From NCBI GenBank assembly GCA_022841915.1, contig JALHQN010000010.1:101426-165425 (forward strand): DNA of 64,000 bases, given 5' to 3'. The position numbers were made by a program, and so were the translations under genes. The notes under the pieces were generated by a model that did no database searches, was not told the DNA's origin, and saw only the letters and a program-made list of their open reading frames with translations. How positions within the stretch are numbered: the stretch's first letter is position 1; each line of letters starts with the position of its first letter. Shown here in pieces: positions 46,566 through 55,875 of the stretch. The stretch is from Burkholderiales bacterium. Its GTDB lineage: Bacteria; Pseudomonadota; Gammaproteobacteria; Burkholderiales; WYBJ01.

Positions 46566-48041
46566 TTGGTTGATGTGGAAAAAATTCTGATCACGCGTGC
46601 GACGAAGATCATCGACGCGTTATCGGCTCTGGATGCTTCGGGGGCAGGCGTGTTGCTGCTCACCGCACCGGACGGACGGTTCGAACGCACAGTATCGGAT
46701 GGAGATCTTCGTCGACAGCTCCTTGGGGGGCGACGGCTTTCCGACACGCTCGAGTCGCTGCCGAAGATCGAGTCCATCGTTGCGACGCAGGGATTGTCGC
46801 GACGCGATGTGCTCGATCTCATGAATCGGCACGCAATCGACCACCTGCCTGTGCTGAGTGAGTCCGGGCGGGTTCTGCAAGTGCTTGTGCGGCGCGAGAT
46901 CGACGATCAGATACTGTTATCGACACCCCACATGGGTGACGCCGAACGCGAGTTCGTGGAAGAGGCGTTTCGAACCAACTGGATTGCGCCACTGGGTCCC
47001 AACGTCGACAGCTTCGAGCGCGAACTGGCGCAATGCGTAGGGATACAGCATGCCGCGGCCCTATCGTCAGGTACTGCGGCGATTCACCTTGCACTGGTGT
47101 TGCTGGGCGTCGAACGAGGCGATCGGGTCTTCTGTTCTTCATTGACCTTTGCCGCGAGCGCAAATCCGATCGTTTATCAGGGGGCCGAGCCTGTCTTCAT
47201 CGATTCGGATCGCGAGTCCTGGAACATGTCTCCACGGGCACTGGAGCGTGCATTGGAAAAGGCCAGGCGAGAGGGCAAACTCCCCAAGGCCGTCATTGTC
47301 GTGAATCTCTACGGCCAGAGCGCGAACATGGACCCATTGACGGCGCTGTGCGACCGTTATGGCGTCCCGGTGGTCGAAGATGCCGCCGAGTCGCTCGGTG
47401 CGACCTACAAAGGCAAGGCGAGCGGTACCCTGGGGCACATGGGTATTTACTCGTTCAACGGCAATAAGATTATCACCACGTCTGGCGGCGGCATGCTGGT
47501 CTCGAACGACGGCGCGATGATCGAGCGCGCGCGATTCCTGTCGACTCAGGCGCGCGAACCGGCTCCGCATTACCAACATAAGGTCATTGGATTCAATTAT
47601 CGAATGAGCAACATTCTGGCGGGCGTGGGGCGCGGGCAATTGCGTGTGCTCGATCAGCGGGTGCAAACCCGTCGCGCCATTTTCCAGCGCTACAAGAACG
47701 AACTGAGCGACATCGACGCGATCGAGTGGATGCCCGAACCAGAGTGGAGCGTTTCGACGCATTGGTTGACTGCCTGCACTGTGCGGCGTAGGAAATCCGG
47801 GATCACGAGCGCTGTGCTGATACGGCGACTGGCCGAGGAGATGATTGAGGCGCGACCGGTGTGGAAACCGATGCACCTTCAGCCAGTTTTCTCAGGCTGC
47901 GAGTCGTTCGACGATGGCGACGACTCCGTGTCGGAACGACTTTTCGCAGATGGTCTGTGCTTGCCCTCAAGTTCCAATATGTCGGATGACCAATTGAGCC
48001 GGACCATCGAATGCATTCGTCGAGTGTTCTTGTCAGAGTAA
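46566..48041 (+). CDS. Fusion protein: N-terminal CBS-domain pair plus DegT/DnrJ/EryC1-family sugar aminotransferase
   Basis: Residues ~1-120 show the CBS-pair pattern (TVSDGDLRR ... IDHLPVLSESGRVLQVLVRREID). The rest is DegT-like (FEEAFRTNWIAPLGP ... SFNGNKIITTSGGGML). Confidence 0.85.
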   Translation: MVDVEKILITRATKIIDALSALDASGAGVLLLTAPDGRFERTVSDGDLRRQLLGGRRLSDTLESLPKIESIVATQGLSRRDVLDLMNRHAIDHLPVLSESGRVLQVLVRREIDDQILLSTPHMGDAEREFVEEAFRTNWIAPLGPNVDSFERELAQCVGIQHAAALSSGTAAIHLALVLLGVERGDRVFCSSLTFAASANPIVYQGAEPVFIDSDRESWNMSPRALERALEKARREGKLPKAVIVVNLYGQSANMDPLTALCDRYGVPVVEDAAESLGATYKGKASGTLGHMGIYSFNGNKIITTSGGGMLVSNDGAMIERARFLSTQAREPAPHYQHKVIGFNYRMSNILAGVGRGQLRVLDQRVQTRRAIFQRYKNELSDIDAIEWMPEPEWSVSTHWLTACTVRRRKSGITSAVLIRRLAEEMIEARPVWKPMHLQPVFSGCESFDDGDDSVSERLFADGLCLPSSSNMSDDQLSRTIECIRRVFLSE

Positions 48042-48059
48042 TTGCCGCATGGCCACTTC

Positions 48060-48833
48060 ATGATTCTTGATTCGTTGAAAGTCAGTATCATCACCGTCTG
48101 CTACAACAGCGCCGCGACAGTGGCCCACACCCTACGCTCTGTCGCCGGGCAGACCTACCCGAATATCGAGCACCTGATCATTGACGGCGCCTCCAAGGAC
48201 GAGACCCTTGCCGTGATCGAGGCAAACAACCACCGTGTCGCCAGGTTGGTCTCGGAGCCCGACCGCGGCATCTACGACGCCATGAACAAGGGTATCGGAC
48301 TTGCCACCGGCGACATCGTAGGCTTTATCAATTCAGACGATTTCTACGCCTCCGACCATGCGATCGCCGATGTGGCTAAGGTATTCGAGGATTCGGCGAC
48401 CGACGCCTGTTATGGCGATCTGCAGTACGTGCGGCAAACTGACATCGGCAGCGTCGTGCGGTACTGGCGCTCGTCGCAGTTCGTTCCAGGGTCTTTTTCA
48501 CGTGGCTGGGTGCCGCCGCACCCCACCTTCTTCGCGCGTCGCAGCATCTACGAGCGCCTCGGCTTCTTCGATCTGCGTTTCCCGATCGCTGCAGACATGG
48601 AATTGATGGCGCGATTCCTCGAGGTTCATCGCATCCAGGCGCGCTATCTGCCTCAGGTTTTGGTCAAGATGAGGCTCGGCGGAACGACCAACAGCACCTG
48701 GCGCAACGTACTGCAGCAGAATCGGGAGATCTGGGAGGCAATGAAGATGCACGCCCTGAATCCTTCATTGCCCAGGTTTGTCGTTGGTAAGTTGCTTTCC
48801 CGAGGCGGCCAGTTTCTCGCGCGGACGTCTTGA
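48060..48833 (+). CDS. Family 2 glycosyltransferase
   Basis: VSIITVCYNSA ... IIDGASKDET ... INSDD (DxD). ATG 48060 is chosen; the track start is TTG 48042. Confidence 0.85.
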   Translation: MILDSLKVSIITVCYNSAATVAHTLRSVAGQTYPNIEHLIIDGASKDETLAVIEANNHRVARLVSEPDRGIYDAMNKGIGLATGDIVGFINSDDFYASDHAIADVAKVFEDSATDACYGDLQYVRQTDIGSVVRYWRSSQFVPGSFSRGWVPPHPTFFARRSIYERLGFFDLRFPIAADMELMARFLEVHRIQARYLPQVLVKMRLGGTTNSTWRNVLQQNREIWEAMKMHALNPSLPRFVVGKLLSRGGQFLARTS

Positions 48834-49798
48834 TGAAGGTGGCTCCATTGCTTGTGACTGGCGCCAATGGATTCATCGGCAGCGTTCTGGTGCGACGCCT
48901 CGCGAGCCAGGGGCATCAAGTGCGCGCGGCCGTTCGCGCCGAGAGCACGTCGGTACCGCATGCGGCGCAGTGCGTGTCTTTGGGTGAACTGTCGGGGGAA
49001 ACCGATTGGTCGGCAGCCCTCGTCGGAGTAACGACGGTATTTCATTGTGCAGCTCGAGCGCATGTACTGAGAGAGTCTGCAGCCGATCCGATGGCTGAGT
49101 TCCGGCGTGTGAATGCTGCTGCGACGCTAGGCTTGGCGAAGCAAGCGCTTGCTGCGGGTGTCAAGCGCTTGGTCTTCCTGAGTTCGATCGGCGTGCTCGG
49201 AGCCGAGACATTCGAGCGCCCCTTCACCGCGCAAGATGTCCCGATGCCCGATTCTCCCTATGCCGTGTCGAAGTGGGAAGCGGAGCAGGGGTTGAATTCG
49301 CTGGCTGGGTCATCGGGCCTGGAGGTTGTCATTGTGCGTCCGCCCCTGGTCTATGGTCCGGGGGCGCGGGGCAACATCGCACGGATGATGCGGTGGCTCA
49401 GACGCGGAGTGCCGTTGCCGTTCGGCGCCATCGACAATCGGCGAAGCTTCGTTGGTGTCGATAATCTGGTGGACTTTTTGATCATGAGCGCCACTCATCC
49501 GGCGGCGGCTAATCAGGTTTTGCTGGTGTCCGATGGCGAGGACGTCTCGACGCCGGATTTGCTCCGGCGCATCGGCGATGCTGCTGGGACTCCAGCCAGG
49601 TTGTTTCCGGTGCCTGCCAGTCTGCTGCGGCTTGGTGCGCGAGCACTGGGGCTGCGAGACATGGCGCAGCGTCTTTGTGGCTCGCTCCAGGTCGACATGA
49701 CCTCTTCGTGCCAGCTGCTGGGCTGGGTGCCGCCGCTCAGCCTGGACACAGGCCTGCGCCAGACTGCGGAGTACTTCCGTCGTGAAGCGCGTATTTGA
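48833..49798 (+). CDS. NAD-dependent nucleotide-sugar epimerase/dehydratase (extended SDR)
   Basis: VTGANGFIGS Rossmann motif and YAVSK catalytic motif. ATG 48833 shares one base with the upstream stop (TGATG). Confidence 0.85.
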   Translation: MKVAPLLVTGANGFIGSVLVRRLASQGHQVRAAVRAESTSVPHAAQCVSLGELSGETDWSAALVGVTTVFHCAARAHVLRESAADPMAEFRRVNAAATLGLAKQALAAGVKRLVFLSSIGVLGAETFERPFTAQDVPMPDSPYAVSKWEAEQGLNSLAGSSGLEVVIVRPPLVYGPGARGNIARMMRWLRRGVPLPFGAIDNRRSFVGVDNLVDFLIMSATHPAAANQVLLVSDGEDVSTPDLLRRIGDAAGTPARLFPVPASLLRLGARALGLRDMAQRLCGSLQVDMTSSCQLLGWVPPLSLDTGLRQTAEYFRREARI

Positions 49799-50342
49799 CC
49801 TCGTTTTCGGCCTGTTCCTGCTGTGTATTCTGGCGCTGCCGCTGGTCGTCGTGGCGCTGCTCGTCAGGCTGACCTCCGCCGGACCCGTACTGCACTGGTC
49901 GGATCGCGTGGGCCGGGGCAACCGGATCTTCAAAATGCCCAAGTTTCGTAGCATGCGAGTAGGCACGCCTGCCGTGGCGACCCATCTGTTGCAGGACGCC
50001 CATCACTATCTCACCCCGATCGGGTCGTTCTTACGCAAGAGCAGCCTGGACGAGTTACCGCAGCTTTGGAGCATTCTGGCGGGCGACATGAGTTTCGTCG
50101 GCCCGCGGCCGGCCTTGTTCAATCAGGATGACCTGGTTGCTCTGCGAACCGAGCACGGCGTGCACGAACTAATTCCCGGGCTGACGGGCTGGGCGCAAGT
50201 GAATGGACGTGACGAATTGCCGATCCCAGATAAGGTTGCACTGGATGTCGAATATTTGCGCCGCCAATCGCTGTTATTCGATCTGAAGATAATCTGGCTA
50301 ACGTTCGTCAAGGTGGTGCGGCGCGACGGTATATCGCATTGA
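49782..50342 (+). CDS. Small monotopic phosphoglycosyl transferase (PglC/WbaP C-terminal type initiating sugar transferase)
   Basis: 186 aa: N-terminal re-entrant helix, then KFRSM ... DELPQLWSILAGDMSFVGPRP. Confidence 0.9.
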   Translation: MKRVFDLVFGLFLLCILALPLVVVALLVRLTSAGPVLHWSDRVGRGNRIFKMPKFRSMRVGTPAVATHLLQDAHHYLTPIGSFLRKSSLDELPQLWSILAGDMSFVGPRPALFNQDDLVALRTEHGVHELIPGLTGWAQVNGRDELPIPDKVALDVEYLRRQSLLFDLKIIWLTFVKVVRRDGISH

Positions 50343-50431
50343 CTGCAACATCGATCGCGGAATGCTCGAATAGGTTGCAGTTCGAGGTTCTGGATCTTTG
50401 CTTGCGTAGAACGCTCAGCGTCTTGTTGGCG

Positions 50432-51000
50432 TCATTGCCGTGGATCGTGTCGCCGCGCGAAGTGCCGATCGCACGCTCGGATATTGACGCCGTATGCGAT
50501 TACGGTCGTACCGCTACCGTAAAAGCTTGCGCCGCCGAGGCATAGATCAATCGTAATGCCGTCTGAGGTCAGATCGATAGCCGAGTCGTCGAACGTATCG
50601 ATGCCGCCGGTATCCCAGATTGCTCGACCGCCGCGTCTTCGCCCAACGCATAAACGTCGTCGCCCGAGTTGTAGTTCGTATTGGTGCCGTAGATGTGTTG
50701 TATCGCCAATATGTCGTAGAGTATGGGCGAAGGGATATTGCCATACGTCATGCTGCCGCTGTCGAGAATGGCGCTGCTGCCTATCAGGGTGTTCATCATG
50801 GTTTCGGAGTCCGCCGACCGTGGAGTCGCGCCGAACTACCACGATCCTCCTCCTGTGTCAGTCCATCGATGCGGGCATTCCCGCTCAAGGAACGGAGTTC
50901 GATACAGGGGTAGCGATGGCTCAAGCCTCGGGCAGCATTTTGCGGATGGGGGGTATGATATGTCGCGGGATGCACGACGATACTTGGGTGACGCGGGCAG
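50432..51000 (-). pseudogene. Decayed serralysin/M10-like metalloprotease remnant (frameshifted, truncated)
   Basis: Homologous pieces lie in three minus-strand frames. (a) HPQNAARGLSH, a degenerate HExxHxxGxxH. (b) SMTYGN...YDILAIQHIYGTN, compare serralysin DIAAIQKLYGAN. (c) IWDTGGIDTFDDS...GGASFYGSGTTVIAYGVNI, compare the Peptidase_M10_C region. No intact ORF spans them. Confidence 0.5.
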
Positions 51001-51107
51001 TCGGGTCCAATCCGAATCTGGCAGGAATGGCGTATGCGGTCGAGGGGGCTCGCAAATCGATCGAGAGTGGGCGTGCCGAATCACTGTGGAGGCGGCGGTG
51101 AATCGGC

Positions 51108-52445
51108 TCATGGCGCCTTGACTTGGGGCGCGCCTCGAGCAAGCTGGTGCAAACATGCCAGATAGATGAAAAACCAAAAAAACGTGATGGCGGAATTGGA
51201 GAATCCGAACGGGGGCGAGACGAAACTGATCAGGATGGCGTATAAGCAGTAGATGTAGCTGATCACCTTGTCGGAGTCGATGTCGTGCTTGGCCTGGCGA
51301 TAAGCCAGTCCTGAAAGACCGCCCCAGATGGCTGTTGCAGTCAGGCTGCCCACCAAACCGAAATCAATATACAGGGCACCCCAGGCGCCAGCAAAGAACC
51401 CATAGATGTTCTCGTGCAGCAGTGTGTCGTACCCCCGTCCCAGAAACGTGGCGCTCCCGGGGAGCGTGCGCATCAAGGCAGCAACGATATCGATGTGATA
51501 GCTGCCGAGCATTAATGGAAGATCGTGGGCGGCAACAATTCTCTCGGCTACTGCCAGCGATTGAGTAAAGTAGAACAAGGTGCTCATCGTGCTGACGATG
51601 AGTGATGGGGTGTTCAAAGCATCGGCTAGTGCTTCGAGCCGCGGGGTCGGAATGACGCCCCAAACCTCGTCGGCATGATCCAGGAAATCGTCGATTTCAA
51701 GATCGGATAGTTCCGCACGAATCTGCCAGACTGCTGTCGAGTACGCCAGAAAGCCCGCGATCATCAAGACCATCACCGACAGGACGAACCACGAGCGGGG
51801 CACGAGCGGCAGGCCGCGGCAATGGCGGACGTAGGAGCTTAGGGCCACGAAGATTATCAGCACCAACAACGTGCTGCGCCCGCCGGTCGCGATGCCGTGA
51901 AGAAAGATAAGCAATGCGAAAAAAACGCACAGGGCGCGATCGAGGGGCGGTATCTGCTCGAAACGCAGCATGGCCACTGTGATGCCGACGAATCCGGCGG
52001 GATAGCATAGAAAGGCAATGGCGCTGATTGCTCCCCCGGTGGGATCGACCGCCTCAAGGAGTTGCTGCGCTCGCTCGGCACGCAGGGCGGCTGCGTCCGA
52101 AAACGACAAGTCGGGGATCGCTGTTACCTTGCTATAGATGTTGAGTATAGTGCCAGCGATCCCAATGACGAGAAAGGCTCGAGTCAAACGCTGACTTTGC
52201 CAGACGCAATCGCCTGGACGCTCGACCGCGTTTTGCGGACTTTCGAGATACAGCGAGTTTGCGCTGAGCAGCGCGCTCAGAACATAGACCGCGATCAATC
52301 CACCCACCAGAAACAGGCCAAGCAGACTTACTTCGGGCCTTTGCTGGATCGGGGCGACTAGATACAAGCCATAAACGAATAGCCAAAACGCGCATAAACC
52401 CAGTGCCGGGTGAAGAAGGCGAGCGTGGGGACCCCTGTTCGTCAT
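51108..52445 (-). CDS. Polytopic membrane protein, candidate O-antigen polymerase (Wzy)
   Basis: 445 aa with at least 10 hydrophobic segments, low GC, and translational coupling to the upstream FkbM gene. It is the only unassigned large membrane protein in a locus that already has Wzx-like and Wzz-like genes. Confidence 0.55.
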   Translation of the reverse strand: MTNRGPHARLLHPALGLCAFWLFVYGLYLVAPIQQRPEVSLLGLFLVGGLIAVYVLSALLSANSLYLESPQNAVERPGDCVWQSQRLTRAFLVIGIAGTILNIYSKVTAIPDLSFSDAAALRAERAQQLLEAVDPTGGAISAIAFLCYPAGFVGITVAMLRFEQIPPLDRALCVFFALLIFLHGIATGGRSTLLVLIIFVALSSYVRHCRGLPLVPRSWFVLSVMVLMIAGFLAYSTAVWQIRAELSDLEIDDFLDHADEVWGVIPTPRLEALADALNTPSLIVSTMSTLFYFTQSLAVAERIVAAHDLPLMLGSYHIDIVAALMRTLPGSATFLGRGYDTLLHENIYGFFAGAWGALYIDFGLVGSLTATAIWGGLSGLAYRQAKHDIDSDKVISYIYCLYAILISFVSPPFGFSNSAITFFWFFIYLACLHQLARGAPQVKAP

Positions 52446-53242
52446 GCAAGAGGTGCGCTGTTTTGCCGCAGATAGCGCTGCGCCTGATTCTCGGTGAAGA
52501 AAGTCTTGACTGCTCGTAGGGGAGAATCGCTTCTGCAGAAGGCAACGTCTACCTGAGCGAGCGCATTGTCGGCTGAGCGGTAATGGCCCTCGAGAATCTC
52601 GTAGGCATGAAATCCCAGGCCGGCGACATGGCTCACGATATCCTGGAACTCGGGCGCTCCAGCCCGAAACTCGTGGAACGATGTTTCGATGATCAACACG
52701 TCGATCTGATCAAGCAGGCCGGCTGCGCCCTTCAGGACTTCGATTTCTGCGCCCTGGGTATCGATCTTGAGCAGACAGGGGCGCTCGACAGGGGCCTTGA
52801 TGAGGGAATCGAGCCTGCGCACCGGTACCGTGACGCGCTCGCCGTCGAGGAGATCGCCTTCGAGTTGCCGGTACGCAGAGGATCCCGATACATCGGAATG
52901 CACGAAGAAATCCAGGCTGCCGTCACTTGCGCCGGCGGCCACGTTGAACGCTTCGGCGCCGAGTTCCCGCGAAAGACGCTCGAGTAGCGGTCGACAGGCG
53001 GGTACCGGCTCGACCAAGTAGAACTTTGCCTTCGGGATCGAGGCGTAGAGCGTGGGCGAACCGAACGCGACGCCGACATCAATTACGGTTCGAAACTCCA
53101 GGCCCTGGTTACGTAGATGAGTGAAGAACTCGGGGAAGTTGCGGTTCGGTGTGCTGACGGGGACGACTTTGAGCGACAGCAATCGGGTGAACCAGTTGAT
53201 TGGGGGGAGCAGTGCGCGGGCTAAGGTATGTTTGATCGACAT
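52442..53242 (-). CDS. FkbM-family methyltransferase
   Basis: VIDVGVAFGSPT ... FNVAAGASDGSLDF ... LKIDTQGAE typical FkbM motifs. Confidence 0.8.
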   Translation of the reverse strand: MSIKHTLARALLPPINWFTRLLSLKVVPVSTPNRNFPEFFTHLRNQGLEFRTVIDVGVAFGSPTLYASIPKAKFYLVEPVPACRPLLERLSRELGAEAFNVAAGASDGSLDFFVHSDVSGSSAYRQLEGDLLDGERVTVPVRRLDSLIKAPVERPCLLKIDTQGAEIEVLKGAAGLLDQIDVLIIETSFHEFRAGAPEFQDIVSHVAGLGFHAYEILEGHYRSADNALAQVDVAFCRSDSPLRAVKTFFTENQAQRYLRQNSAPLA

Positions 53243-53311
53243 GGTGGGTGGCTCGAAACAAGTGATCTGCGGCAGAAACTTGGGATGGCGTAATCGGTTG
53301 TGGAGGGCAAG

Positions 53312-54481
53312 CTAGCGCCTTGCCGTGCCGATCACACAGGTGAGCACGACGCGTTCGTCCTCTTTGACCATGCCACCACGGTGAAAACCCTTGGTATCGA
53401 AGATAACCAAATGCCCGCGCCGCGCCTCGATCGTCCACTCTGCCGCGTTCAGGCGCGTAGCGATCTCTGTGGCCGGCAGTATGTCATTACCGAAAGCGCA
53501 TTTGCGCTGCAGCTTCGCGGGTAAGGCGATGAAGGACTGGCGATCTGCGCGGGCCGTGCCCGAGGCACCGGATTGATCGTTGGTTTCTTCGATCCAGTCG
53601 GTCAAGCGAGTTCGAGGCACCCGATGCGAACCTAAGGCATAGGAGAAGGGGCCGTTGTCGGGGCCGACGTCACTGAGATACAGGATGGCCTTGATGTCGC
53701 CCCCCGACGCATCGCGGTGCAGGTAGGCTGTGGGCAGAGGACTGCTCGGCAAGTCCGGAAAGACGCGTTGCCAGAAGTCGTCCGACGAATCGTTGATTTG
53801 TGGGTTGACGTCCACCAGTTTCGCGGAGTGGCCGAGGTAGGCCGAGCATCCGTCGAGTACACCACTTTGCGTGAGCATCTGTTCGACGCAAGCGAAAAGG
53901 TCTGCATTTTCGGTGCGCAAGGCGCTGGCGCGCGATTCGGCAAAATCCCTGCCGCCCAAGGATTGCCGACCTCGTGTGCTTCGTAATCGCTCGAGCAGCG
54001 GTGCCGCAGCCTGACAGATCCGATTGAAAGCTTGGTCGGCGGTCCTGATGACGCAGATGCCGTCGCTCTGCAGAGTTTGCGTGACGGCAGCGCCGGCATC
54101 TGCACGGTGGGCCCGTGACCCGGTCAGCAGCTTCTGCAAGACGTTGCTCGTTGCAGCACCGAGAAATCCTATGATGGCACTGGACGAGCGCATTGCTCGC
54201 AAGTGCGCAGGAATCAACTCATAGGAAATGACGCGTTTGCAAACAATCATTGCGAAGTACCTTGCGAACCGCGCGAGCGAAGCAAGCCGATGTTTGACCG
54301 AGAGGGCGTGGGCCAGCGACGCATATCCGGGATGTTGTTCGTAATCGATCCAGGTTGATGGTCCCTCGCCAGGTCGGGGATCGAATGAGGTCAATCGAGC
54401 GGGTGGCGCGACGATTCTAGAGTGGTCCTGAACTGCTTGTGATGCCTCGGGTATGTCCATGGAAATGTTCATTCGGCTCAC
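53312..54481 (-). CDS. Hypothetical protein, possible Fe(II)/2-oxoglutarate oxygenase (PhyH-like)
   Basis: Candidate facial triad: LHRDASGG (HxD) and a distal FDTKGFHRGG. There is no other recognisable family motif. Confidence 0.45.
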   Translation of the reverse strand: MSRMNISMDIPEASQAVQDHSRIVAPPARLTSFDPRPGEGPSTWIDYEQHPGYASLAHALSVKHRLASLARFARYFAMIVCKRVISYELIPAHLRAMRSSSAIIGFLGAATSNVLQKLLTGSRAHRADAGAAVTQTLQSDGICVIRTADQAFNRICQAAAPLLERLRSTRGRQSLGGRDFAESRASALRTENADLFACVEQMLTQSGVLDGCSAYLGHSAKLVDVNPQINDSSDDFWQRVFPDLPSSPLPTAYLHRDASGGDIKAILYLSDVGPDNGPFSYALGSHRVPRTRLTDWIEETNDQSGASGTARADRQSFIALPAKLQRKCAFGNDILPATEIATRLNAAEWTIEARRGHLVIFDTKGFHRGGMVKEDERVVLTCVIGTARR

Positions 54482-55875
54482 CGATTCTGTTGTGCGACCA
54501 GTTCCTGAAGTCGCCGGCCCAAGTTCTGTGCCAGCATAAGAGCGCTCGCTGGCGGCTGGCTTGCATCAAAATGCTTGAATGAGAAGAAATCGCCTTCGAT
54601 GCTACCGCGCAACAGCTTGCGGATAATGCGCCGCTGCCGCTCTTTCAGGCCGGTTTCGACCGTCGCTGCAGACTCCACGCGCTGCGGCAGCCCGGCTATC
54701 TGCGCACGGTTGCGAAAAATGATGAAATCCGAGTCGTTCGTATAGTACGAATTGGTGGCGACCGATTTCTTTCCCAAGAGAGCGGCCTGCATCCCGAGCG
54801 TCCCCGTGAAGGTGAAGTTCGTGTCGACCAGCTGCATCAGTTCGTTACCCGAGACGTCGTAAGGCACCAAAACCACGTTCGTCAATGCTAGCAGGCGATC
54901 GAGTAGCTCGGTCTGGCGAAAGCCGAACTGCAGCGGATGGTCCTTGACCAATACGAGGTAGCCGGCCTCGGTGAATGCGCGTGCCGCTTCGAAGACGAGA
55001 TTTTCGTGATCGATCAGCTCGCGTTCGCGTATCCAATAGTCGATCGAGGCTTCGGGGAACAGCTGCAGGCCGAACAGCACGCGACGGCTTTGAGGAACGA
55101 CCTCGGTCTTCGTGCGCCACTGGGAGTCGCATAGTCCGACCACTCGCATGTCCTTCCAGCGACACTTGTGTCCCAGATAAGGCTGCGCATCGATGTAGTG
55201 GAGATTAAGCGGGTCGCGCATCAGTCGAGCAATCATGCGAAAGGCCAAGGCGCGGGCGCGGAAGTAGCCGAGCGTCCTGAGGAACTTCATGCGCGTGTAG
55301 GTCGACTTTCGCGGCACGTAGCTTGGCGTGAAGCTCGGAGTGGCCAGTAAGTTTACCGACCGTTCGACGAGGTCCTCACTGGGGTTTAGGTCGTGTTCGA
55401 TCAGATGTCCTCGCTCCAGCAGCATCGACATCCCGGGTACGACGCTGGCGGTAAGTTCCACGTAGCGGATGCCCTTCCTGGCCGCAAGGCGCGCTAGGAT
55501 GTCCTTGACGTAGCGGTCGATGGGAAAGCTCATGACGATCTTGGGTTGAACCTTTACCAAGAGTCGTTCCATAACGACGGCCATCGCCTGCACCATGTAA
55601 CGGGCCAGCTCGGCATCGAGCCAGCGCAAGGCGCGGCAGCGTGCGATGACGTCCTCCTGCTCGATCTGAGACAGCAGGTTGGGATTCGTGGTCGCCCCCT
55701 GTTTGAGGCGACCTAGTTCCTCGTAGAAATCGTCGACGATCGAGATGTCTCCCTCGCCGCGAAGATCGGTGACGACCACGGCCCTGGCCCAGCCCAGATG
55801 GTTGCCGAGGTATTGCCACCACGCTGTTGTCCTGTGAATGCCGAAGATCAGCACCTCGGCTTGGATCGGATTCAC
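54478..55875 (-). CDS. Capsule_synth (KpsS/KpsC-like) family glycosyltransferase, tentative
   Basis: VLFGLQLFPEASIDYW ... LVLVKDHPLQ ... TFTGTLGMQAALLGKKSV matches the QxxxD / K-HP / StvGxEA pattern of KpsS-like enzymes. GTG 55875 overlaps the upstream TGA (GTGA); the track start is 55917. Confidence 0.55.
   Translation of the reverse strand: MNPIQAEVLIFGIHRTTAWWQYLGNHLGWARAVVVTDLRGEGDISIVDDFYEELGRLKQGATTNPNLLSQIEQEDVIARCRALRWLDAELARYMVQAMAVVMERLLVKVQPKIVMSFPIDRYVKDILARLAARKGIRYVELTASVVPGMSMLLERGHLIEHDLNPSEDLVERSVNLLATPSFTPSYVPRKSTYTRMKFLRTLGYFRARALAFRMIARLMRDPLNLHYIDAQPYLGHKCRWKDMRVVGLCDSQWRTKTEVVPQSRRVLFGLQLFPEASIDYWIRERELIDHENLVFEAARAFTEAGYLVLVKDHPLQFGFRQTELLDRLLALTNVVLVPYDVSGNELMQLVDTNFTFTGTLGMQAALLGKKSVATNSYYTNDSDFIIFRNRAQIAGLPQRVESAATVETGLKERQRRIIRKLLRGSIEGDFFSFKHFDASQPPASALMLAQNLGRRLQELVAQQNR

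Noticed and set aside
50556-51101. 181-aa Cys/Arg-rich plus-strand ORF in the gap between the two glycan operons.
   Set aside because: It lies antisense to the recognisable metalloprotease remnant. Its composition is typical of a shadow frame and it has no start-site signals.
51160-51182. A/T homopolymer runs (t7 and t5 on the coding strand) inside the 3' end of the Wzy-candidate gene.
   Set aside because: They encode a Phe-rich TM segment (FFWFF), which is expected for such proteins. There is no evidence of frame disruption.
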